A stretch of 64,000 bases of DNA from Patescibacteria group bacterium (GTDB lineage Bacteria; Patescibacteriota; Patescibacteriia; Magasanikbacterales; GWA2-37-8), in the NCBI GenBank assembly GCA_004321885.1, contig SCQK01000007.1, positions 96,001 through 160,000 on the forward strand. Reading direction: 5' to 3'. This document shows, piece by piece, positions 11,076 to 20,474 of this stretch. A model generated the notes under the pieces. The model saw only the letters and a list, made by a program, of their open reading frames with translations, searched no databases and had not been told where the DNA came from. The translations under genes and the position numbers were made by a program. Within the stretch, counting starts at the first letter, position 1. Each line of letters starts with the position of its first letter.

Positions 11076-11366
11076 TTATTCAACTATCGCCAAGATGTCC
11101 TCCTGGGATAAAATTTTATATTCTTCTTTGCCGAGCTCAACCTTGTCGCCGCCCCAGGTTTTGAAAATCACATGGTCGCCGACTTTCACTTCCATTTTGG
11201 AGCGCTCACCGGATTCAAGCAGCTTGCCCGGGCCCACAGCTACCACATCGCCTTCGGCCTTTTTTCTTTCTTCCTCTGTCTTTGTTAAAACCAAACCAAA
11301 GGAAGTAACTTCTTCCTCTTTTGTCTGTTTGACCAATACATGGTCGCCTAATGGTTTTATCTGCAT
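11076..11366 (-). CDS. groS: Co-chaperonin GroES (Cpn10)
   Basis: 96 aa, MQIKPLGDHVLVK...VGPGK, typical Cpn10; immediately upstream of groEL. Confidence 0.9.
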   Translation of the reverse strand: MQIKPLGDHVLVKQTKEEEVTSFGLVLTKTEEERKKAEGDVVAVGPGKLLESGERSKMEVKVGDHVIFKTWGGDKVELGKEEYKILSQEDILAIVE

Positions 11367-11432
11367 ATATTATTCTGTCATTCCCCCGACTAAGTCGGGG
11401 GAATCCAGTTATAATTAAAAAAAAGACGCATA

Positions 11433-11459
11433 TTATCACTCTAAATACCAGAGTGATAA
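11433..11459 (-). promoter_or_regulatory. CIRCE-like inverted repeat (HrcA operator) upstream of groES-groEL
   Basis: ttatcactc-N9-gagtgataa, compared with the CIRCE consensus TTAGCACTC-N9-GAGTGCTAA; positioned between a family A repeat and the groES start. Confidence 0.65.
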
Positions 11460-11494
11460 CTGTGCACCTCATCTTACCATTTTCTCAAAAAATG

Positions 11495-12889
11495 TCAAGA
11501 CCTTCTGCGCCCAACCACCAAACCCCACACTCCCCACCAAAAAACCTGTCCCACGTACAATGACCACAAAAAGTGTTCAAAGAGCGCGGCCGCGAGCAGA
11601 GTAGCCAACACCGGAATGAAGACGCGATTATTCGCTGAAACAAACTGGCAGAGTTTTCTGTGGATTAAATAAAAAATAATAAAACCGAACAAGCCCAGCT
11701 CGGCAAACACCAAAACATAAGTATTATGGACCGGCAAAGAGTACAGGCTATGCGTGGCCGCCGCCAACCTGATTGGGTAAAAACCGGGGCCAACACCAAA
11801 CAAAGGATATTTTTTAATAAAAGCAAAGGCGTATTCATATTGATTTTGACGCTCGGAAATGGAGCGGGTTTCCAGCCGGGTATTGGCGCGAATGCGGGTG
11901 GCGAAGACAGGCCATAAGATGATGACAAAAGCAAAAATAACAAGCAAGCTATATGTAATTTGCTTAAAAATAAGCGAGGGGATTCTTCCGCGCGCCCCTT
12001 CAGGGCCTGGTCGAAATAACACCACTAACCAAAAAACCATTCCAACTGCCGCGGCAATCCACGCCCCGCGCGAAAACGATAAAATCAATCCGCTCAAAAC
12101 AAACGTCTGCCCAATGGAAAAAAGGATTTTGCGTCCGCCTTTTTCTATACGCGAATACAATACCAACCCCAGCACAAAAATCACCGCCAAATAAATTCCA
12201 AAAGGATTTGGCCCGCCCAAACTGCCGTACGGACGCAGAAGACGCGCGCCGGCAAACTCAATCACTCCGGCCCCGACGTCATAAGACGCGTGCCCTGCAA
12301 TTCCCAGCCACTTGCTCGCGAACACCCCTTGAACACAAAATTGATACAAGCCCAAAATCGCTTGCCCCACCCCGCCGAGCCATAACGCGCCCAGTGCCCC
12401 CCCCTTTATACTTCGTATTTGCTTGTTCGCTCGGAAGAAAAACTTCATTTTTCTTCTCTCGCTCACTTCGCAAATAAGGGGGGGCGACGGGGGGGTAAAG
12501 GCGACGACCACCCCGAGCGCCATGGCCTCAAGTAATTTGAAAACAAAATAAAAAGAAATACCCTTGTCAAAACTCTTCAAAACGCCGATTCCCAAAATAG
12601 CCAAAAAAATAATTAAATATAAAAGCGCTCGTTTTCTATTTTTCGCCCGCGCAAAAAAATCCCGTCGCGCTTCCTTGCTCCAAAATTTCTCCAGTAAAAA
12701 CAAAAGCAAAATAATCCAGAACAAAATTTCCGTGGCGTATAAGCTCACGGTTCCATATTCCCAAAATTGCCCGTTCAGTTCCCCGTATTTCCAGATATAA
12801 CGGGTTTGCCAAGGCAGGAGAAAGAAGAAAAGGAGTAAGAGGTAATACCGAATTCGTGAAATTAACATAAACAGAATGGCAAAATCCAA
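11495..12889 (-). CDS. Polytopic membrane protein, O-antigen ligase/polymerase (Wzy_C)-like
   Basis: 464 aa with about 10-12 TM helices and a large loop; the general architecture resembles O-antigen ligase family proteins. Tentative. Confidence 0.5.
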   Translation of the reverse strand: MDFAILFMLISRIRYYLLLLFFFLLPWQTRYIWKYGELNGQFWEYGTVSLYATEILFWIILLLFLLEKFWSKEARRDFFARAKNRKRALLYLIIFLAILGIGVLKSFDKGISFYFVFKLLEAMALGVVVAFTPPSPPLICEVSERRKMKFFFRANKQIRSIKGGALGALWLGGVGQAILGLYQFCVQGVFASKWLGIAGHASYDVGAGVIEFAGARLLRPYGSLGGPNPFGIYLAVIFVLGLVLYSRIEKGGRKILFSIGQTFVLSGLILSFSRGAWIAAAVGMVFWLVVLFRPGPEGARGRIPSLIFKQITYSLLVIFAFVIILWPVFATRIRANTRLETRSISERQNQYEYAFAFIKKYPLFGVGPGFYPIRLAAATHSLYSLPVHNTYVLVFAELGLFGFIIFYLIHRKLCQFVSANNRVFIPVLATLLAAALFEHFLWSLYVGQVFWWGVWGLVVGRRRS

Positions 12890-12934
12890 ATGCTTAAATT
12901 TGACATTGGGAATTGAATATTGGACATTGATTGG

Positions 12935-13972
12935 TCATTGGTAATTGGTAATTTTTAATTTCCACTCTTCTCTATATTTCGCCCTGGTGTCATTCTCGTG
13001 AAATTTCAAAATGCCGTCGGAAATCACCACGCTCTTGTCGCCCGCGGCGGCTTTTTCTTTCAAAGAGAACATAAGCCGAGCCATCTGAAGCGCTTTTACC
13101 TGCCCTTCAATCAAATCGCCATACGTTCCGGCCCACATTTTTTCCCAAATTGTTTTCCAAATTTTGCCAAGCCGTGAATCGCGCAAACGCAAGCGCGAAA
13201 CAACTTCAAATCGCGCCAAGGCATTGGGCAAGTATTTTTTTGTCCACGAATTCGCGGCCAAAAAATTGGCGTAATAATTGCCGGGGTCGTATATCGGAAT
13301 CATCTGGTGTATCCAATAAGCAAAATGTATGTCATCATCGGCCACGCGTAAATTTTCCAAATTTAAGTGTTCGCTGTCCGCGTAAAACGACAAACAGACG
13401 CGATTTTTGTGCTTTTGGCCATACACGCGCAAACCCCACAATCGCAAAATTAAATTGGTAAAAAACCGCGCCAACCAGACGCGGCGCGGGGCGGCGACGA
13501 TGAAAAAATCAATGTCGCTTTCTTCCTTCGCCTGCTCCATACCCACGCTGTTGCAGACAAAAACCGCTTTCACAAACGGCGCCGAACGGATTTTTTTGGC
13601 GGCCCGGCGCGCGATTTTTAATTTCTTCTCCGTTTCCGCCAGCCGCGCCCGCCGCGCCTCAACTGTCCCCGCTCGCCCGGGAAGAAAATAATAACTGAAT
13701 TTTGTTTCAACCTTTCTGTCATCCTGAACTTGCTTCAGGATCTCTAAAAATTGCGCAAACCCCATCGCCGGCGCCTGCCCCCACACCAAAGAATTTGGTG
13801 TGGGGGGCGTCCACAAAAAAGAATACACCTCTTCGCGCGTCAGAGGATAATCGGCCGAATCAAAATAAGCCAGAGTTTTCTGAATACTTTCAAGAAGAGC
13901 TTTTTCCATAGGGCTCTTTGTCTGAAATTTCCGCCGCACAAATTGCCAAGCCCTTGTTGCCAATTTCCACAA
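12935..13972 (-). CDS. Hypothetical protein (possible nucleotidyltransferase-fold; carries a family F repeat in frame)
   Basis: 345-aa ORF; GMEQAKEESDIDFFIV resembles a nucleotidyltransferase hG[GS]...D.D motif. 13718-13748 is a family F repeat translated as FAQFLEILKQVQDD. The start may instead be the Met at 13909, since the upstream gene ends at 13890. Confidence 0.45.
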   Translation of the reverse strand: MWKLATRAWQFVRRKFQTKSPMEKALLESIQKTLAYFDSADYPLTREEVYSFLWTPPTPNSLVWGQAPAMGFAQFLEILKQVQDDRKVETKFSYYFLPGRAGTVEARRARLAETEKKLKIARRAAKKIRSAPFVKAVFVCNSVGMEQAKEESDIDFFIVAAPRRVWLARFFTNLILRLWGLRVYGQKHKNRVCLSFYADSEHLNLENLRVADDDIHFAYWIHQMIPIYDPGNYYANFLAANSWTKKYLPNALARFEVVSRLRLRDSRLGKIWKTIWEKMWAGTYGDLIEGQVKALQMARLMFSLKEKAAAGDKSVVISDGILKFHENDTRAKYREEWKLKITNYQ

Positions 13973-14546
13973 GTGTTACGCCTTCAATCGTACCACTGAC
14001 GGTATGCCCGTTTTTCTTCAGCATATCCACAATTTTTTTCGCCTCAGCCGGATCTGTGACAAAAAAACGTTCTGCCGGCCTATTTTGCGGGTTTCCTGAT
14101 AGGCTTGTGTTAAGTTTGGAATTTTGGAACAATTCTTTGAATTTCGGAACATTGAAATCCGAAATATTTTTTAATTCAAAAATTTTTGACGTTTGCGAGT
14201 TTTTGAAAACAGACGGATTGGTTAAATTCAACATTTCATTTTCAAATTCAATCAGGCCCTTTGTCGCTTCGGCTGATTTTAATGTCGCCTTCTTGGCCAA
14301 CTCCCCTTTTTCTTCAACGCTGAATTTTGATCTGCCGAAGGAATTAACTACGTTTTGTTCGGTTTCCTGGACTTTGCCGCTAATCTGGCCCAGCAGTTTA
14401 ACGTAATCTTTCGGGTTTACGGGCTTAACATCCATTTTCTGACCGGCTACTGTCGCGAACCAACTGCCGCTCACAGTCGTTTCAGCCGCTTTTCCCGGCG
14501 CTCTTTCCTTTTCAAATTTTTTAATCCCTTCTCCTCTCTCCAGCAT
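13890..14546 (-). CDS. Hypothetical protein
   Basis: 218-aa ORF co-directional with the yidC/nusA operon; no recognisable motifs. The antisense ORF at 13918-14406 is less protein-like. Confidence 0.4.
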   Translation of the reverse strand: MLERGEGIKKFEKERAPGKAAETTVSGSWFATVAGQKMDVKPVNPKDYVKLLGQISGKVQETEQNVVNSFGRSKFSVEEKGELAKKATLKSAEATKGLIEFENEMLNLTNPSVFKNSQTSKIFELKNISDFNVPKFKELFQNSKLNTSLSGNPQNRPAERFFVTDPAEAKKIVDMLKKNGHTVSGTIEGVTLVEIGNKGLAICAAEISDKEPYGKSSS

Positions 14547-14555
14547 AAAATTTTC

Positions 14556-15314
14556 TTAAACCACCTTTCCTTCGATGACATTGGGCGAAGCCGGTGGATT
14601 TTTCTTGAAGAGATAAACTTGTTGAAGAGCCATCAGCAGGGTGCTGAAAAACCAATACAAAGTAAGACCGGCCGGCAAACTCATGCCGATAAGCACGGTC
14701 ATCAGCGGCATAAAATACAGCATCTGCTTATTCATCATGCTCATCATGGCTTCATCTTTGCTGCCGACTCCGGCGCCGGCCGGAGGCTTCTTGCCCTTGT
14801 TCATTGTCTTGGCCTGCCAAAACTGGGCCGCGCCGGCCAATACCGCCAAAATCACATTGGGCTTGGCCATATCAAAAAACCCGAAAGAAATCGGATTGAT
14901 TTTTCCCGGATTGGACACGAACGGATAAAGCCATTGACCCAAGTTGGCCGAAACCAAAGCATCGCGCAGAACCATGTACAAGGCGATTAAAATTGGCAGT
15001 TGGATAAGAATCGGCAAACACGAAGCGAACGGGTTCACTTTGTTGGTTTTGTACAATTCCATTATGGCCTGGGTCTGTTTTTGCTTGTCATCGGCGTACT
15101 GTTTTTTTATGGCCTCCATTCTCGGCTGAAGCTCTTGCAAAGAGCGCTGGGCCCTGATGGATGAAGTGGTAAGCGGCCACAAAGCCAGCCGCACCAAAAT
15201 CGTAATCGCCAAAATCACCAGACCGACGTCGTGGCCCGGCAGAATATCATAAAGGCCGACAAAGATATTGAAGATGGGCTGGTAAAGTACGGTGCGAAAG
15301 AGGGTGGAAAACAT
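14556..15314 (-). CDS. yidC: Membrane protein insertase YidC (short Oxa1-like form)
   Basis: 252 aa with five TM segments and the YidC/Oxa1 core (LWPLTTSSIRAQRSLQELQPRMEAIKKQY..., FASCLPILIQLPILIALY). Confidence 0.85.
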   Translation of the reverse strand: MFSTLFRTVLYQPIFNIFVGLYDILPGHDVGLVILAITILVRLALWPLTTSSIRAQRSLQELQPRMEAIKKQYADDKQKQTQAIMELYKTNKVNPFASCLPILIQLPILIALYMVLRDALVSANLGQWLYPFVSNPGKINPISFGFFDMAKPNVILAVLAGAAQFWQAKTMNKGKKPPAGAGVGSKDEAMMSMMNKQMLYFMPLMTVLIGMSLPAGLTLYWFFSTLLMALQQVYLFKKNPPASPNVIEGKVV

Positions 15315-15318
15315 ATTT

Positions 15319-16560
15319 TTATTCTTTAGTTTCTTCTACTGGCTCTTCTTTGCTTTCCCCAACCTTTTCCTCAATCGGTTCAGCCGCCGCTTCTTCGCTG
15401 GACATTTCCTGAGTGCCGCCCTTTTCTTTCACATTGATGCCCCAGCCCGTAAGCTGGGCCGCCAGGCGCACGTTTTGCCCGCCGCGGCCAATGGCCAAAG
15501 AAAACTGGTCCGGCGCGACATACGCCGAAGCCGTTTTGCTGGCTTCGTCCAATTCCACTTCCGCCACTTTGGCTGGAGACAGCGCGTTGGCAATATAGTT
15601 GACCGGACTTTCGCCATAACGGATGATATCTATTTTTTCTCCGCCCAGCTCTTCTATTATAGTATTGATGCGTCCACCGCGCTGGCCAATGCACGAACCG
15701 ATGGGGTCTATCTGCTCGTCGTTCGCGTCCACAGCCACCTTGGAACGGTAGCCGGGCTCGCGCGCGATGCCTTTTATTTCAATCAGTCCTTCTTTAAGCT
15801 CGGGAATTTCCTGCTTGAAAATTTCCCGCACCAAACCCGCGTCGGCGCGCGATAAAATTATCTCGGGTCCGCGCGGCCCCATCTGCACCGACTGCACCAA
15901 AAATTTCAGCTTGCTCCCGGAACGATAAAAATCGCGGCTGTTTTGCTGTTCCGCGGGCATAATGCCAGTAACTTTGCCCAAATCAACCAAAGTTTTTCTG
16001 CCTTCCACGCGCTGAATCGTGCCGACAATTACCTGACCTTCCTGACCCTTGAAGTCGTCAAACACCATACTGCGCTCGGCTTCGCGCACCTTTTGGATTA
16101 TCACCTGCTTGGCGGTCTGCGCGGCCATGCGTCCGAAATCGCCCCCAGCCTCCAGCTCAATTTCCAGCACCTCGCCGGCCCGGGCGCCTTTTTTGATTTT
16201 TTTCGCCTCCGAGAGCATCATTTCCAGCTTGGGATTAAAGCGCGGCAAATCAGCCACTTCTTCCTCGGTGAGCTCGCGGCCTTCCTCTTTGGCCTTTTCA
16301 CGCCGCTTGGTCAATTCTTCCTGGGCCGCGACCAGCGCCTCCTCGGCAGTATCTTCCACCACGATTTTCACGTCCCACGCTTTCATATCGCCGGTCTCGG
16401 GGTCAAATTTCACCTTGATGTTCTGTTGTTTGTTGCCAAAATCCTTGCGATAAGCCGCGGCCAGCGCCACTTCTATGGCCTCAAGCACCGCCTCGTAGGG
16501 CAGATTTTTTTCCTCGCACAAAAATTGTATGGCCTTGCTGATTTCCGACATAGTTGTCAT
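15319..16560 (-). CDS. nusA: Transcription termination/antitermination factor NusA
   Basis: N-terminal NusA domain, S1 domain and two KH domains (IGSCIGQRGGRI and IGRGGQNVRLAAQLTG). The start codon ATG lies inside the family A repeat at 16554-16589. Confidence 0.9.
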   Translation of the reverse strand: MTTMSEISKAIQFLCEEKNLPYEAVLEAIEVALAAAYRKDFGNKQQNIKVKFDPETGDMKAWDVKIVVEDTAEEALVAAQEELTKRREKAKEEGRELTEEEVADLPRFNPKLEMMLSEAKKIKKGARAGEVLEIELEAGGDFGRMAAQTAKQVIIQKVREAERSMVFDDFKGQEGQVIVGTIQRVEGRKTLVDLGKVTGIMPAEQQNSRDFYRSGSKLKFLVQSVQMGPRGPEIILSRADAGLVREIFKQEIPELKEGLIEIKGIAREPGYRSKVAVDANDEQIDPIGSCIGQRGGRINTIIEELGGEKIDIIRYGESPVNYIANALSPAKVAEVELDEASKTASAYVAPDQFSLAIGRGGQNVRLAAQLTGWGINVKEKGGTQEMSSEEAAAEPIEEKVGESKEEPVEETKE

Positions 16561-16667
16561 TCCCCCGACTTAGTCGGGGGAATCCAGTTATATTAAATTA
16601 AAGAGCCCTTCTTCCGAAGCGCTCTCTTAACAATCAAACCTTGGAATTAAGCATACACCTGTCTGAT

Positions 16668-17306
16668 TCAAATGTCAAGGGCCTTGGCGATATTTTGCGG
16701 CACATGGTGCGGGGTTTTGCCAAATACAACCACTTCATCGCCCGCTTCCAAAAAATTATATAATTTTTCCGCGTTTTTGTAAGCGATGTTCACACAGCCG
16801 TGACTCATGGGTTTTTTGCCAAACTGGTTGTGCCAATACGCGCCGTGGAGATAATAGTGCCTTTTGAATTCCAAATTCCACTTGGTATTGGGCAGGTTGT
16901 AACCGGGCCCGATATAATTCACCACCGGGACTTTGCGCATTATCGTGAATTTGCCCTTGGGCGTGGGCATGCTAACCAGACCGGTGGAAACCGGCATGGC
17001 GCCGATTTTTACATTATTGTAAAAATAATATAACTGCTGTTTGGCCAAATCTACCTCCACGCGGCGCGCGGAGGTTTTTTCTTTGTCCGGCGACAGCGGG
17101 TCGTGTCCGGTGTAAACCTCTTGTCCGTCTTTATAGCCGTCGGCGTCCGAGTCCGGATTGTTCAAATCCGTGCCCAAAGATGTCTCCAGCGCATCGGACA
17201 GGCCGTCTTTGTCTATATCCAAAACGGCCGCGAAAGTGGAGATGGGCAGTAGAATAAAGAATATAATGATTAATATTGTGTACCGCATAAAATTTTCAAT
17301 TACCAA
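16668..17306 (-). CDS. L,D-transpeptidase (YkuD domain) with N-terminal calcium-binding repeats
   Basis: Signal/TM N-terminus, DIDKDGLSDALE and DSDADGYKDGQE motifs, and a catalytic region with HGAYWH and SHGCVNI. Confidence 0.75.
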   Translation of the reverse strand: MVIENFMRYTILIIIFFILLPISTFAAVLDIDKDGLSDALETSLGTDLNNPDSDADGYKDGQEVYTGHDPLSPDKEKTSARRVEVDLAKQQLYYFYNNVKIGAMPVSTGLVSMPTPKGKFTIMRKVPVVNYIGPGYNLPNTKWNLEFKRHYYLHGAYWHNQFGKKPMSHGCVNIAYKNAEKLYNFLEAGDEVVVFGKTPHHVPQNIAKALDI

Positions 17307-17396
17307 TGACCAATTTCCAATAAATGTTCAATATCCAATTCCCGATGTCAAAATTTGACATTTGAACTTTATTATTGATTTGACATTTGTAATTTG

Positions 17397-18290
17397 TCAT
17401 TTCATAATTATATCTCCAATTTCGTCCGTTCGTAAAATTTCCGCGGCCGCACGTTCTAATTTTTTCAACACTCGCAAAGAGGGATGACCGTACCTATTTT
17501 TTCCCACGGAAATTATCGCTTTATCCGCGTTTACGGCTCGCAAAAACTCGGCGCTGGTGGAACTATCGCTGCCATGATGCCCGACTTTCAAAATATCGGA
17601 CCTCAACGCTGTACACCCCTCCCCTATTAGGGGAGGAACAGGGGGAGGGGTATTTTGGCTAGAACAATACTTCGCCAGCAACGCCTGCTCCAGCGGTTCC
17701 TCCATATCGCCGGTAAACATTATAGTCGTACTCGCTCTGGAAAGCCGGAAAACAATTGAACGATTGTTATAATCCCCATCTTTTGTATCTATGCCCAGGG
17801 CCGGGTCCGGGGCCAAAAAATTCAGCTCTGAACCGGCGAACGCCAGCTCTTTCGGGCCGCTTATCACGCTTGCAACCGCCCTCTCTTCCTGCTGGTATCT
17901 GTACCAAACCTGCCAGTACGCGTCAAATTCTTTCTTGGCTCCATTGGTGATAATATTTTTTACCTCGTATCTTTTTAAAACATCCGCACAGCCGCCGTAA
18001 TGGTCCAGGTCAGGATGCGTAATCAGCAAATAATCAATGGTGCGGTCGTAAAACGGCAGATACTTGCCCAGTTTAGTCAGCACTTTGCGATTGGGTCCGC
18101 AATCCACCAGCATTTTTGCGCCGTCATCAAACTGTATCAGCGCCGAGTCGCCCTGACCCACGTCAAAAAAAATAACGCGAAAACCTTTTTCCGCGAAAAA
18201 AAACAAATTAAAAAGCAAACCGAGAATTATTATCAGGCAACCAACCAGGGCCGAAACTACTTTCTTGCGCATAAAATCTGATTCACCCAC
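17397..18290 (-). CDS. comEC: ComEC/Rec2 C-terminal metallo-beta-lactamase domain protein
   Basis: MBL motifs FFDVGQGDS, LLITHPDLDHYGG, KVGHHGS and NRYGHP, with an N-terminal TM segment. Contains an in-frame family D hairpin (17612-17650, translated PPPVPPLIGEG). Confidence 0.8.
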   Translation of the reverse strand: MGESDFMRKKVVSALVGCLIIILGLLFNLFFFAEKGFRVIFFDVGQGDSALIQFDDGAKMLVDCGPNRKVLTKLGKYLPFYDRTIDYLLITHPDLDHYGGCADVLKRYEVKNIITNGAKKEFDAYWQVWYRYQQEERAVASVISGPKELAFAGSELNFLAPDPALGIDTKDGDYNNRSIVFRLSRASTTIMFTGDMEEPLEQALLAKYCSSQNTPPPVPPLIGEGCTALRSDILKVGHHGSDSSTSAEFLRAVNADKAIISVGKNRYGHPSLRVLKKLERAAAEILRTDEIGDIIMK

Positions 18291-18928
18291 TGTTCGTTTT
18301 CTTTGACAAAAATTTCTTTTTCCACGCCAAAAGATAGCTCTTCCAAGAACGCGCGGATTTTTTCCGGACGATGATAATATGATTCAATGAGCACTTCCAC
18401 CCCGCCGGTTTTCACGAGCGGCGGGTCTTTTTGGTTGATATTGGTCACCACAAAAATTCCGCCGTCTTTGAGCACGCGATAGACCTCGTCAAAAAACCGG
18501 CGCGGATCTTTTAGGTGCGCGATAAGAAAAGCGGCCAGCACGATGTCAAAGGTTTCGTTTGCAAACGGCAAATTTTCCGCGTCGCCCACCACTGTCGTAA
18601 TGTCATACTGAATTTGTTTCATTATCTCCGGTCGCAAAATTTTTCGCTTCAGCATCTCCAGCATCTTGGGCGAGATGTCCAAAGCGGTCACGCACGCTCC
18701 CCGCTTGGCCAAATACAAAGAGGCCCGCCCGGTGCCCGCGCCGACATCCAAAATTTTTTTGCCCGCCACCACACCAAAATTTTTAGTGTGGTGGCCGGAC
18801 ACGTCGCCGAGCATGGAAAATAATTTTCCCTGTTCAAAACTGTTCAGGTATTTTTCTTTTTCATCGTAATACTTGGCCGCCAAATTATATCCTTCGGCCG
18901 ATGACAGAACCTGTATTTTTTTGGTCAT
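18257..18928 (-). CDS. Class I SAM-dependent methyltransferase
   Basis: Motif I ILDVGAGTGRASLYLA, an acidic residue after beta2 (VTALDIS) and motif post-I FDIVLAAFL. Confidence 0.75.
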   Translation of the reverse strand: MTKKIQVLSSAEGYNLAAKYYDEKEKYLNSFEQGKLFSMLGDVSGHHTKNFGVVAGKKILDVGAGTGRASLYLAKRGACVTALDISPKMLEMLKRKILRPEIMKQIQYDITTVVGDAENLPFANETFDIVLAAFLIAHLKDPRRFFDEVYRVLKDGGIFVVTNINQKDPPLVKTGGVEVLIESYYHRPEKIRAFLEELSFGVEKEIFVKENEQWVNQILCARK

Positions 18929-20463
18929 AGATGTTTACCCCTCCCTAACCCTCCCCTTATAAAGGGGAGGGCAATAATAATATACAACAATATCGTCATC
19001 CACCAGCTGATTCGTATTTCCAGCGCGGCCCAGCCCTGTTTTCCAAACCATTCCACTAACATTATAACATACCCAAGTCCGACGCCAACAATCCAGGCCA
19101 CTATCTGTCCCAAAGGAAAAAATATGAAACCGAGCATGACCGCGGCGAATCCAAAAAGCATCAGCCACGGGATAATCCACAGCACCAGCAAATTCACGAG
19201 CGGCGCAACGATAGAGAGGCGGCCGAATTGAAACAGCATCAAAGGCAAAGTGGCGATGATGGCGGAAAGGGTTTGCACCAATGTTTGAAAGAAAAAATTA
19301 ATACTGTCATTGCGAGGAGCCGGAAGCGACGAAGCAATCCCAAGCGATAAATATACGAGTCCCAAAGTCGCTAAAAAAGACAGTTGAAACCCCGCGTCCC
19401 ACACCAGCACGTACGGATTAAAAAGCAACATCAGCGCCGCGGTCAGCGCCAGCACATTGCCCACGCGCGACAAGCGACCCATTTGTTGCGCCAGCAAAAC
19501 AATCACGCCCATTATTCCGGCGCGCACCACCGAAGCCGAGGCGCCGGTAAAGAGCACGAATAAAATTATGCCAACGACCACGGCCCAAAACGCGCGAGGG
19601 CGCGACAGCCCGGCCAGAATAAAAAAACTCATCAGCGCCAAGGCGATGATACTAATGTTGTATCCGGATATGGCGATAATATGAGTGATGCCCGAACGAT
19701 TAAAATCCTCCAGCAGCTCCGTCGGCAGGCCGCTACGCGCGCCGTAGAGCAGTCCGGCCATCAAACTGCTCTTCGGCTCTGGCCAAAGTTTGTCCACCTG
19801 ATTCGCGACAGCCGATTTAAGGCGTAACATGTCATTGCGAGCGACCGTAGGGAGCGCGGCAATCCCATTCTTTGCAAGGGATTGCTTCGTCGTTTCACTC
19901 CTCGCAATGACAGGATTCCCGCACACCGACCAAATCCCATAGCGCGCCAAATACTGGTCATAGCGAAATCCGTCCGGGCTCGCTTTTGGCTCTTGCAATA
20001 CACAAGACAAATTCAACTCCTCTCCATACTCATAGCGCGGATACAGTGGCAGCCAAAAAATAATTTTACCGGAAATATTTTTTGGACAAACAAACGACTG
20101 CCCCGCGCAACTTTTTACTTTCGCCACGTATTTCACGTTGCTTATCCCCGCTTCCGGCTCTTCGCTTACAGCCGCCGTCACTTCCATTTTCTCGCCGTTG
20201 TAATATTTGATACTGCTCGGCGTGATTTTCGGCACGCTGATTAAAAAACGCAAGCCGCCCAAAATAAAAAACAACGCGCAAAGCAGGGCGAAGCGCCAAA
20301 CTTTTTTCTGCCACAGCATTACGGCGAAAAAAAGCGCGGCAAACGCCGCGATAAACAAAGGAAACTGCCAATCACTATTTTCCTGAAGCGAAAACAAACT
20401 CACGCCGGCTATAAAACAAAAGCAAAACGCGAGAAACGTTTTGCTTTTAGAGTGCATTGTCAT
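18925..20463 (-). CDS. comEC: ComEC/Rec2 competence protein, N-terminal (DUF4131) plus polytopic competence-channel domain
   Basis: Competence-domain signature GLPTELLEDFNRSGITHIIAISGYNIS and multiple TM helices. I trimmed the start to MTMHSKSK (20463/20457) because the longer ORF (20697) overlaps leuS. Contains in-frame family B insertions (19300-19345 and 19833-19915). Confidence 0.75.
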   Translation of the reverse strand: MTMHSKSKTFLAFCFCFIAGVSLFSLQENSDWQFPLFIAAFAALFFAVMLWQKKVWRFALLCALFFILGGLRFLISVPKITPSSIKYYNGEKMEVTAAVSEEPEAGISNVKYVAKVKSCAGQSFVCPKNISGKIIFWLPLYPRYEYGEELNLSCVLQEPKASPDGFRYDQYLARYGIWSVCGNPVIARSETTKQSLAKNGIAALPTVARNDMLRLKSAVANQVDKLWPEPKSSLMAGLLYGARSGLPTELLEDFNRSGITHIIAISGYNISIIALALMSFFILAGLSRPRAFWAVVVGIILFVLFTGASASVVRAGIMGVIVLLAQQMGRLSRVGNVLALTAALMLLFNPYVLVWDAGFQLSFLATLGLVYLSLGIASSLPAPRNDSINFFFQTLVQTLSAIIATLPLMLFQFGRLSIVAPLVNLLVLWIIPWLMLFGFAAVMLGFIFFPLGQIVAWIVGVGLGYVIMLVEWFGKQGWAALEIRISWWMTILLYIIIALPFIRGGLGRGKHL

Positions 20464-20474
20464 TTTAAACACGC

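Noticed and set aside
12935-13972. The 83-nt overlap between the ORFs 12935-13972 and 13890-14546
   Set aside because: Not a reason to reject either gene; the downstream gene probably starts at the Met at 13909, but I could not decide from sequence alone, so the longer ORF coordinates are retained.
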